DNA of 37,171 nucleotides from Vulcanimicrobiaceae bacterium (GTDB lineage: Bacteria > Vulcanimicrobiota > Vulcanimicrobiia > Vulcanimicrobiales > Vulcanimicrobiaceae), in contig DASRSF010000262.1 of NCBI GenBank assembly GCA_035656615.1, positions 1 through 37,171 of the forward strand, written 5' to 3'. The notes below the pieces were generated by a model. That model did no database searches, was not told the origin of the DNA, and saw only the letters and a list, made by a program, of their open reading frames with translations. The translations under genes were made by a program, and so were the position numbers. Positions 16,615-24,318 of this stretch are shown piece after piece; the stretch's first letter is position 1, and each line of letters opens with the position of its first letter.

Positions 16615-17178
16615 CTAGTGCTGCGGCGCTTTGACTGAGCCCTCGATTTTACCTAGGTGAACGTCGTTCGTATTGAAGTTCACCGTGATCGTCGCGACCC
16701 GCAGTACCTGATCGCCGGTCCGGAAAAGCGAGGTATGGCTGAGCGAAAGCATCTTTGTTGCGTTGAGCCATTGCACTAAATCCGTATCGAACGACTTTTT
16801 GATTCCATCCCGGCTATCGAGCTGTTCGATGTGCACGTCACCGGTCGCCGTAAAGTCGAACGTTTGCGTATTGAGATTTACGTGCTGCGCTGCAATGCCG
16901 AGGTACGGCTTTCCTTTTTTATACAAAATGCCGTGGCGTACGCCGTCCACGGTCGCGAGCGAACCATCCGGCGACATTTGGGCGTGCGTATAATCAAAGG
17001 TCCAGGAACGCGTGCTGATCCGGTTCCCCGTGACTCGTCCACCGCGCAGCGTCAACGGCTCGGTGCCGGGCGGAGGCGGCGCCGGCTCGCGTCCCGCCAG
17101 AATAACACCGGCGAGAAACCAGATGAGCAGTGCGACGCCCGCGGCTATCGCGAGCGTGCGCCAAGTATTCTTACGCAT
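16615..17178 (-). CDS. LptC-like protein: TM anchor plus an OstA/LptC-type beta-jellyroll
   Basis: The ORF 16615..17538 was trimmed to the internal ATG (complement of 17176-17178), giving MRKNTWRTLAIAAGVALLIWFLAGVILAG. About 150 aa of beta-rich sequence follow (LTLRGGRVTGN...ATGDVHIEQLD...TGDQVLRVATITVNFNTNDVHL). The 120 upstream codons are Arg-rich and sit inside lnt. This start overlaps the lnt stop by 34 nt. Confidence 0.55.
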   Translation of the reverse strand: MRKNTWRTLAIAAGVALLIWFLAGVILAGREPAPPPPGTEPLTLRGGRVTGNRISTRSWTFDYTHAQMSPDGSLATVDGVRHGILYKKGKPYLGIAAQHVNLNTQTFDFTATGDVHIEQLDSRDGIKKSFDTDLVQWLNATKMLSLSHTSLFRTGDQVLRVATITVNFNTNDVHLGKIEGSVKAPQH

Positions 17179-18743
17179 AAGCCCGGACCGACGATAGCAA
17201 GGTATAAAAGCAGCAGCGCAACGACAACCGGATACGGACCGATGCGCGCAAACAGCGATCCCGGCGGCAAGCCGATGTTTCCGGCCAGGATTGCCTGGCG
17301 ATCGAGTTCGGTATGCTCGACCCAGCTGCCGGTCGGCGCGATAATGCCGCTGATGCCCGTTGACGCGGCTTGAATAACCCACTCGCCGGATTCGATCGCT
17401 CGCATCTGCGCGATCTGCGCGTGCTGATACGTTCCGGATGTCGGCCCGAACCAGGCATCGTCTGTTGGAATGACCAGAAACTGCGCACCTGCGCGAATCT
17501 GTGCATGAACGAGATCCGCAAACGCCGACTCCCAGCAAATAAGGGGCGCGAAGCGCATCGCTCCCGCGGGAACGACCGCGTCGACTCGACCATGACCGAA
17601 ACGTCCAATCAGCGCGGCATACGGTAACCTAGACGTAAGCGCGGGTGCGGGCAATGACTCTGCGAATGGAACCAGTTGCCGTTTGTCATACACATTGATG
17701 AGCGTTCCGTTGGGCGCGTACGTATAGAGCGCATTATATTCTTTCAAACCTTCATCGCCGAAGCGCCGCTCCAAGCTTCCGACCGACAGCGTCGTGTGGA
17801 GATCGCGCGCCAAACCTGAGAACTGCACGCTCAGTTGACGATCGGTTGCAATCATGTCCGCAAGCTCGCGGCGCTGCGCATCCGTTGCTGCCGAAAGATT
17901 CCAATTTCCCGGCTCGTCATCCAGATCTGCGGTGATGACGGTTTCCGGCCAAACCACCAGTTGCGGGTGCAGTGCGGCAAGCTTGCGCGTAAGCGCGGTG
18001 TACCGCGCAACGCTGCGAGGCAATGTTTGGGGATCCCACTTTATTGATTGCGCAATATTGCCTTGCACGGCGGCTACGCGCATATGCGGCGCGGGCGCGT
18101 GCCGCGCCGGCCAAAGCGCATAGGCCAGGCACCACGATACGGCCAGGATCCCCACGGCAGCCGCAAGTGCTCCTGCGCGCCGCCGCGCGAGCGCTTGCGC
18201 AAGATACGCGCCCAGCAGCATCACGATGAACGTTACGCCGACGCAGCCTACGTATGCTGCAAATATTCCCAGTGGCGTTGCCGTTTGCGTGTAACCGATC
18301 TGTGCGAACGGGACACCGAGCACGCCGGCCGAGCGAAGCCATTCGAATACGGTGAACGCGGCAGCGCCGGCGGCCGGCGCAGCCCATGCAGGCGCGTAAT
18401 CTTGTGCGGCCCGAAAGCACAGCGCTGCAGCACCGAAGCTCAGCGCGTCGACGACCGCCGGAATGAACACGACCGCGAAGGCAAGCGAGCCGACATAACC
18501 TCCGACGGTATACGTAAACCAGGAGTAGCTCACGATAAAAAAGATCGTTCCCGCGAACCAACCCGTGAAGAATGCACGTTTCCAGGAGAGGCGTTGCCAT
18601 GCCCAGAACAGCGCCGCCGCGCCGAAGGGAGCCAGCCACGCTTGTCCGGCCTTCGGGAACGCAAATGCCAGCGCCAACGCACCAAGCGTGCAAACGACCA
18701 GTTCAACCGCACGCACGGAGGTACCGATGCTACGCAAACTCAT
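17145..18743 (-). CDS. lnt: Apolipoprotein N-acyltransferase
   Basis: It has a multi-TM N-terminal half and a C-terminal CN-hydrolase domain with RVAAVQGNI, LVVWPE and PLICWESAF (the Glu/Lys/Cys triad contexts). The start is uncertain: TTG 18803 (ORF track), ATG 18743 (used here) or GTG 18716. Confidence 0.85.
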   Translation of the reverse strand: MSLRSIGTSVRAVELVVCTLGALALAFAFPKAGQAWLAPFGAAALFWAWQRLSWKRAFFTGWFAGTIFFIVSYSWFTYTVGGYVGSLAFAVVFIPAVVDALSFGAAALCFRAAQDYAPAWAAPAAGAAAFTVFEWLRSAGVLGVPFAQIGYTQTATPLGIFAAYVGCVGVTFIVMLLGAYLAQALARRRAGALAAAVGILAVSWCLAYALWPARHAPAPHMRVAAVQGNIAQSIKWDPQTLPRSVARYTALTRKLAALHPQLVVWPETVITADLDDEPGNWNLSAATDAQRRELADMIATDRQLSVQFSGLARDLHTTLSVGSLERRFGDEGLKEYNALYTYAPNGTLINVYDKRQLVPFAESLPAPALTSRLPYAALIGRFGHGRVDAVVPAGAMRFAPLICWESAFADLVHAQIRAGAQFLVIPTDDAWFGPTSGTYQHAQIAQMRAIESGEWVIQAASTGISGIIAPTGSWVEHTELDRQAILAGNIGLPPGSLFARIGPYPVVVALLLLYLAIVGPGLCVRILGARSR

Positions 18744-19509
18744 CTTCGCCGTCTGTGCCGTTGCGCTCACATTAGCCTCGTGCGGGCGCCAGGTGACGCC
18801 CAACCGTACGAATACGCCGAACGGCCTGCAGCCCGGGCAAATGCAGGTAAAGTTTCTGACTCAAGCGCCACCCGATTTCGTGAACAATTGGTACGTCCTT
18901 GCTTTTAACACGAGCGGCAACGGCGTCGAGCCGTACGCCATTAACGGGAACCAGCTCAACAACTGGTTGAACTTTTCATTTGAAATCGTGGTTTTCCAGC
19001 CGAACGCAAACAGCGCGATCCAAGCGGTGCTCATTCAGTTCGTGAGCACCCAGGGCCCGAACGGTCCGCTGAAAACGCCCGTACAGGTTTGCTGTCCGCC
19101 TCCACAGGATCTTATCGTGATTCCGAATTGCGGCACGCAGAATCAATTCTGCGTTACGTTGAGCCGGAACATTTTTATTACGCAGTACTGCTCCCCCTCA
19201 CCAAGTTCATCGCCGTCTTCTTCCCCCGCGCCCTCGGCCACGCCGAGCGCGACGCCCAGCCCCTCGTCGAGTTGCGTAGCCAACACCTGGAACGTCAACT
19301 GGTTCGTGGCTTCCCCCAATGGCAATCCCACGGGCCAAGTCATCTCCGCGGCCGGATCCTACGGCGTGACCGATACGACGTTCCAGAAAACCTACAACGT
19401 GACGACCACGTTCGACCAAACCTGGACCCAGCCGCTGCCTCCCGCCGTGCCGCAGGCGCCGAGCCAAGCGGCGCAGATCGCGGGCGGCGAAGTGGCGAAC
19501 GAGCCGTAA
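18727..19509 (+). CDS. Lipoprotein of unknown function: two N/Q/T/W-rich domains joined by a Ser/Pro linker
   Basis: The ORF 18565..19509 was trimmed to the ATG at 18727, which has a GGAGG motif 5 nt upstream (18717-18721). The signal and lipobox are MLRKLIFAVCAVALTLASC|G. The linker is SPSPSSSPSSSPAPSATPSATPSPSSS. The mature part carries 6 further Cys. Confidence 0.7.
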   Translation: MLRKLIFAVCAVALTLASCGRQVTPNRTNTPNGLQPGQMQVKFLTQAPPDFVNNWYVLAFNTSGNGVEPYAINGNQLNNWLNFSFEIVVFQPNANSAIQAVLIQFVSTQGPNGPLKTPVQVCCPPPQDLIVIPNCGTQNQFCVTLSRNIFITQYCSPSPSSSPSSSPAPSATPSATPSPSSSCVANTWNVNWFVASPNGNPTGQVISAAGSYGVTDTTFQKTYNVTTTFDQTWTQPLPPAVPQAPSQAAQIAGGEVANEP

Positions 19510-19526
19510 CGGGGAAAGAACCGCGC

Positions 19527-19691
19527 ATGCATGAGACGATTGAATGCGCGCACGACCTTTGCAACTGCACGGTCACCGCTGAAATGCAAAGCGAGGAGTA
19601 CTGCGGCCAGGCGTGCCGCGACGCGCAAGAAAACGGAATCGAATCTGAGGCGTGTCCGTGCGGTCATCCCCCGTGCGACGCCCCGGAATAA
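19527..19691 (+). CDS. Bacterial metallothionein (SmtA/BmtA family), 54 aa
   Basis: MHETIECAHDLCNCTVTAEMQSEEYCGQACRDAQENGIESEACPCGHPPCDAPE, with GGGGAAAG 8-9 nt upstream. It aligns position by position with Synechococcus SmtA (CACEPCLCNV...YYCSEAC...GCGHTGC). The ORF track hides it inside a longer out-of-context ORF (19089..19691). Confidence 0.65.
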   Translation: MHETIECAHDLCNCTVTAEMQSEEYCGQACRDAQENGIESEACPCGHPPCDAPE

Positions 19692-19702
19692 CCCAAACGG
19701 TC

Positions 19703-22165
19703 CTACGGATAGCCGTTGAAGCCGGAGGGGATCAGTGAACCGCGATTGGTCAGACCGAACGTTGCTGCGCGCGAGGGGAATGCCAGCAGATTGATCGTCG
19801 CGTTGAGTTCGCGCGAATTCTGATTGTAACTGAGCTGGAGTTCGTAGCAGTCACCGATAATGCGGCTATAGTAAACGGTCTTGTTTTGAATCTGATCGCG
19901 CGCTTTCCAGTTGACGTCGCCTTGGAACTGGAGCATGGACCCGTTTCCGAACGGCGTTGAAAACTGCACGTTCGTGGGCAGAAAGCCTTGGCCGGGGCCC
20001 GGATTGAAGGCGCCCGTAAGCGATACGAAAGAACGCGGCGAGGGCCGGGTCAGCAGCTGGTAGCTCAGTGGCTGCGCGATGCCGTTGAACGCCGTCGTGT
20101 AATTTACCGATAGATTGTAGATCTCGCCGTTGTAGATGCGTATTGTATCCGTTGCATTTTTCAGGTTGGGGCTATTTTGCAAATCCAGGGTAGAAAACGG
20201 TACCGAACCCGGACCGTTATAGTTGTTTTCGTTGTACGAGACGACGTTGTTCACGTGTGAGCCGATTTGCGATGTGAGCGACATCTGCTGCGCTATGCTG
20301 GCCTTGAGATCACCCGTACCGTATGCGTACTGGTGAACTTGCACGTTTGCCGTGAATTGGCTGCCCAGGAAATTATACAGCAGCGGCCCCATGTTCAGGC
20401 CGAGATCCGCGCGCGAGGTGGTTTCGGGGGTCTGCGGTTCGTTGTATTGTCCGATCGTCAGCGTGGGGGCGATTGGAAACACGAAGTGCTGCAAGAAGAG
20501 GCGAGGCGTGATCTGAAGCTCGGGCTCTTTGTTGAGCCCGTAAGGCGTTTGCGCAAACGTTTTTTGATACGTCAATTGATAGTCGAGTGCGTTCGTGCTC
20601 CAGTGAAACAGATCGTTGACGTCCGCCGTGTTATTCGATACGAACGTTCCAGCCGTAAATCCGTTTTGCGTACGGGAAAGATTCGCGCTGAAACTGTTTT
20701 GCATCGTCGGTCCGAACTGCCGTGTGTCGGTAAATCCGAAACTGTCGGAAGAAGATTGGCCGCCGCTGCTTTGCCGGGTGAACGTATACGCCTGCGACTC
20801 CATCAGCCCGGTATGTGCAATTTGCGCATTGATATTCTGCGAGCTCGGAAAATTGACGTAGGGACCGTACGTACTCTGATACGTGTAGTTGAGGTTTCCG
20901 TGCAGCGTCTGCGAGATGTTTTCCGTGTCTTGAAGCGCAAAGTTGTAGTTGACGCTGGGCGCGGGGGGAAGATGGCTGGCGACGCGCTGGATCGCGATAT
21001 TGGTCGTGCGTTTACCGCGCCGGTTCGAAATCGTTCCGTTATAGCCGACCGTCAATCCTTGCTTGGTATAAAAATCGATCGTGTAGTATCCATAATAATA
21101 CTGGTCGCGCCCGAAGCTGAGATGCGTTCGGACGTACGCTCCTTGGATTGAGTTGTATCCCACTTCCGGGAAGAATTGCGGGCGCTGCCGCTCATCGGAA
21201 ACGGTGCGCAGCGGAATCACCACGCGCGGAAGAAAGAAAATGGCGATGGCCCCCAGGAACAGGACCGCGCTGGTGATGACGATCTTGTCGCCCGGCGTAA
21301 CATCGATCGTTTTGCCGGTGAGGTGATAGCCTGCGCGGGGTCGCTCGCACGTCGTGACGTTGGCGTGATTGCCGTGAGCAACGCCATGCTGATCCGTATG
21401 CAGATCATCGGCGCCGAAGTACACCAGTCCCCGTTCAACGCCTTGCGAGCTCTGCCCGCGGCCTTTATACAGATCGGCCTTTTGCGAAACGGTATCAAAA
21501 ACGATGCGGTCCGCGTACAAGACGGAGTCCTTGTTCCGATCGATGATGTACGGGTGGCCGGTAACGGTGATGGTTCGCACGCCGTCATAGTGCGCGCGGT
21601 CGCCGACCAGGACTTCGTCCTGGTAAAAAATGTGCACGTTTCCGGTAGCGTCACCCGGCACGCCGGGGCGCGGATTGCCGGAAAGCTTGTCGGCCATGAC
21701 CGCGATGTGGTTGGGCGCCAGGGTCGGAAAATCGCTGGGCTGCGCTGAGGCCGTTTCTTGGGGCTTGGGCGCAATGGAGGGTGTTCCGGACGGCCGCACG
21801 AGGTACACCGGCCCCGCACTGCCCGTGGATACCGGCGTCGGCGTGGGAATGGGCGGAGGCGTCACCGGCGTGGTAAGCGGAAACGGCGTGGCATATAACG
21901 AGCCGGTGCCGCCGACGCCAGCCGGAACCGTGCTCGGCGAAGGCGAGGGCGATGGCGTCGTGCCGGGCGGCGTGGGCGTACCGGCTTGCGCGACCAGCTC
22001 GCTTACGCGCTGCGCGCAGCTTTGTCCGTCGAGCAGCGCCAGTGCGTGGCGCGAGGCAGCGTCATCGTACGACTGTGCCGACGCGGGCACGACCAGCACG
22101 CATTGCACAAACGCCAGCAAACATGCAAGCGCGCGTAATGCGCGCGCACGTCCGGACTGGCTCAA
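19703..22165 (-). CDS. lptD: LptD-like LPS-assembly outer-membrane protein (OstA N-terminal domain plus a large beta-barrel)
   Basis: The signal peptide ends ..VPASA|Q. The OstA-type jellyroll reads GNVHIFYQDEVLVGDRAHYDGVRTITVTGHPYIIDRNKDSVLYADRIVFDTVSQKADLYKGRG. About 550 aa of alternating, Y/N/Q/T/G-rich beta-strand sequence follow. It starts 1 nt after the LptF/G gene. Confidence 0.65.
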   Translation of the reverse strand: MSQSGRARALRALACLLAFVQCVLVVPASAQSYDDAASRHALALLDGQSCAQRVSELVAQAGTPTPPGTTPSPSPSPSTVPAGVGGTGSLYATPFPLTTPVTPPPIPTPTPVSTGSAGPVYLVRPSGTPSIAPKPQETASAQPSDFPTLAPNHIAVMADKLSGNPRPGVPGDATGNVHIFYQDEVLVGDRAHYDGVRTITVTGHPYIIDRNKDSVLYADRIVFDTVSQKADLYKGRGQSSQGVERGLVYFGADDLHTDQHGVAHGNHANVTTCERPRAGYHLTGKTIDVTPGDKIVITSAVLFLGAIAIFFLPRVVIPLRTVSDERQRPQFFPEVGYNSIQGAYVRTHLSFGRDQYYYGYYTIDFYTKQGLTVGYNGTISNRRGKRTTNIAIQRVASHLPPAPSVNYNFALQDTENISQTLHGNLNYTYQSTYGPYVNFPSSQNINAQIAHTGLMESQAYTFTRQSSGGQSSSDSFGFTDTRQFGPTMQNSFSANLSRTQNGFTAGTFVSNNTADVNDLFHWSTNALDYQLTYQKTFAQTPYGLNKEPELQITPRLFLQHFVFPIAPTLTIGQYNEPQTPETTSRADLGLNMGPLLYNFLGSQFTANVQVHQYAYGTGDLKASIAQQMSLTSQIGSHVNNVVSYNENNYNGPGSVPFSTLDLQNSPNLKNATDTIRIYNGEIYNLSVNYTTAFNGIAQPLSYQLLTRPSPRSFVSLTGAFNPGPGQGFLPTNVQFSTPFGNGSMLQFQGDVNWKARDQIQNKTVYYSRIIGDCYELQLSYNQNSRELNATINLLAFPSRAATFGLTNRGSLIPSGFNGYP

Positions 22166-22166
22166 G

Positions 22167-23321
22167 CTAGTGTTCTTCGCTCCAGAGTAGCGCCAGGCCG
22201 GCGGTGCCGAATATGACGTTCGGAAGCCACGACGCTAGGTATGGATTGATGCGTCCGGTACCGCCGAACGCCGATGCTGCTTCAGTCATGACGTAATACA
22301 CAAAGAACGCAACTACGGCCAGCGCCATTCCCATTGCACGGCCTTTTTTTCCGAAACGGATTGCCATCGGCAAGGCGAGCACCACGCTGACGAACGCCGC
22401 GAACGGAAACGCGAGTTTGTCGGCGAGATTTATCTCCAGGTTACCGAGCGCCTCACCGCCGACTCCCTGCGACTTGAGCGCGTTCACTTGAGCCGACAGC
22501 TGCTTGGAATTCATCGTCCAGGCGTCGCTGTTGGCGCTGCTCATGAACTGCGCGGCGCTTTCCGCCAGTGGCAAACCAATGCGAAACTCCGGCGTGTTGG
22601 TCTGTGAGGTCTCATACCCTTGCGCATTGTAGTAAGTCAGAATGGCGTTGGTCAAAACCAGCGTCGCCCCTTCAACGCGCGCGGTTTGCGCTTGTACCGT
22701 TTGGTTCCAATATCCGTTGCGGCCCGGTTTGAAGATCTGCACGCCCGCCATCGTTTTGCCGTCAGGCAACACCTGACTTACGAAAAATACGTTGCCCGTG
22801 TCGGGATCTTTGCGAAAAAACTGCGGCTCCACAGGTAGCGCGGCGGTGTGGTAAATGATCTGGTAAAACGTTCGCGTGGAAAGTTCCACCGACTTTGGAG
22901 CCACGAATTCGTTCGTGCTGTACGCCAGCAAAAATGCGGCCAAACCGAACAAGAACGGCGTAAGCGCCAGGCGCCAAAGTGAAACGCCCGACGTGCGGAT
23001 CGCATTGATTTCGTTGTCCGCCATGAGTCGCCCGATGCCCAGGAGCGTGGCGAACAAGGTGGCAAATGGAAACGCCATCGGTATCGATTGCGGAATACGA
23101 AAAACAACAAACCGCATGATCAAGAAGAACGGAGCATTCTGCGCGATCAAATATTTGAACGCTAAAAAGAAAATGTTGAGCGCCCAAAACAGGAAGAACG
23201 CCAGAAATGCAAAGACGAACGGGCCGAGAAACTCGGCCAGGATATAGCTATCGAGAATTGGGATGCGCAGCTGCCGGAAGATCCCTAAGGGCGCAGTCCG
23301 GGCTCCGGGTACGGACGCCAT
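22167..23321 (-). CDS. LptF/LptG-family (YjgP/YjgQ) LPS export permease
   Basis: 384 aa. ILDSYILAEFLGPFVFAF..., IPQSIPMAFPFATLFATLLGIGRLMADNEINAIRTSGVSLWRL and a periplasmic beta-jellyroll insert between TM3 and TM4 are typical of the family. Only one paralogue is present here. Confidence 0.8.
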   Translation of the reverse strand: MASVPGARTAPLGIFRQLRIPILDSYILAEFLGPFVFAFLAFFLFWALNIFFLAFKYLIAQNAPFFLIMRFVVFRIPQSIPMAFPFATLFATLLGIGRLMADNEINAIRTSGVSLWRLALTPFLFGLAAFLLAYSTNEFVAPKSVELSTRTFYQIIYHTAALPVEPQFFRKDPDTGNVFFVSQVLPDGKTMAGVQIFKPGRNGYWNQTVQAQTARVEGATLVLTNAILTYYNAQGYETSQTNTPEFRIGLPLAESAAQFMSSANSDAWTMNSKQLSAQVNALKSQGVGGEALGNLEINLADKLAFPFAAFVSVVLALPMAIRFGKKGRAMGMALAVVAFFVYYVMTEAASAFGGTGRINPYLASWLPNVIFGTAGLALLWSEEH

Positions 23322-23343
23322 GCGGCTCGCGTTCGCTGTGTCT

Positions 23344-23817
23344 CTAGTAGTTCCGGTAGGCCGTCAGGACTCGCGTTACGTAGGCTCGCGTCTCTGCATA
23401 GGGCGGTACTCCGTGATAACGGTCAACGGCGCCCGGCCCGGCATTATACGCAGCGACCGCGAGTTCAATGTTGTTGTCGTATCGCGCCATCAGCATATGG
23501 AGGTAGCGGCTGCCGCAATCCACGTTTTGCGCGGGATCGAACGCATTCGTGAGGCCGCACCCGGCTGCGGTGCCGGGCATCAACTGCATAAGCCCTTGAG
23601 CCCCCGCCGTGCTGATTGCGGAGGGATCGCCCGCGGATTCCGTCATGACCACTGCGCGCACTAGTGCGGGCGACACGGCGTTGCGGTCGGATGCGGTCTG
23701 TACCAAATTCTGAAGGTCGGCCGGTCCCAGGGCATTCGGGGCGTACGGAAGGTAGCCTGAGCCGCTACATCCGTAGAGCAGGCTGAGGAACAAGAACAAC
23801 CCAAGCAGCTTCCTCAT
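23344..23817 (-). CDS. Lytic transglycosylase (SLT domain) lipoprotein
   Basis: The lipobox is FLSLLYGC. The SLT motifs are MTESAGDPSAIS (catalytic Glu-Ser), GAQGLMQLMP and AAYNAGPGAV. It lies 22 nt upstream of the LptF/G gene on the same strand. Confidence 0.85.
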   Translation of the reverse strand: MRKLLGLFLFLSLLYGCSGSGYLPYAPNALGPADLQNLVQTASDRNAVSPALVRAVVMTESAGDPSAISTAGAQGLMQLMPGTAAGCGLTNAFDPAQNVDCGSRYLHMLMARYDNNIELAVAAYNAGPGAVDRYHGVPPYAETRAYVTRVLTAYRNY

Positions 23818-24318
23818 GCAAAAACGCCTCTTCTGAAATCTTCGGCCCCTGCCTGCGGCGGGTGAGCGATGTTCCCGGATTCTAACCAGAATAAAACGTA
23901 CGGCCGCGTCCGCAAAGAGGCGGCCGGGCCCAAATGCGAGAGCCGGCCATGTGGGACCGGCTCATGCCAGAGGCGGATCGCCGCCGCGGGTCAGCCGCGG
24001 CTCCACGAGCTGTGTGCGCGCGAGAAATGCCAGCAAATGCGAAGGACCGCGCTCAGGCGCGGGCGCCGTATGGCACCCAGGCGGGTGACCACGCGCAACC
24101 CTCTAAAGATGCGGAAACGCGGGCCGCACGTGAGGACGCTTCCTCGTATGCCGCGCGGCGGCCGGTACAACGTGACCATAGACGCTCCCCCATTCCAAGT
24201 GGAACCCCGTAGAACTAATATTGCTCCCGCGCCCATAAGCTTTGCAAGAAGCAGCCGTGCCGCGGGCAAGCAGGCGCGCCGTTGTCACGCTCGAGCGTTC
24301 TTGGCCGACTCCCTTGAC

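Noticed and set aside
17917-18908. ORFs 17917..18693 on the minus strand (258 aa) and 18048..18908 on the plus strand (286 aa).
   Set aside because: They are alternate-frame or antisense to lnt, with Arg/Cys-rich nonsense translations.
19195-19275. Nucleotide-level low-complexity repeat (TCN/CCN-rich).
   Set aside because: It encodes the Ser/Pro linker of the lipoprotein and is not an independent repeat element.
23869-24318. 150-codon N-terminal extension of proC. The same reasoning applies to the extensions of the LptC-like ORF (17179..17538) and of nrtR (28513..28764).
   Set aside because: The extensions have no domain content and an Arg/Pro-rich composition. In the latter two cases they lie inside the upstream gene. 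Internal ATGs give canonical N-termini.
23818-24318. Possible RNase P RNA, tmRNA, SRP RNA or 6S RNA in the long gap.
   Set aside because: I looked on both strands for GAGGAAAGUCC, ACAGAA..CCGGCUUA, a tRNA-like 3' end (GGUUCGAAUCC..CCA) and GGAAGCAGCC with the SRP domain IV context. None is present. GAGGAAGCGTCCTC on the minus strand is just a local hairpin. The region is kept as an unexplained finding, not as a named RNA.
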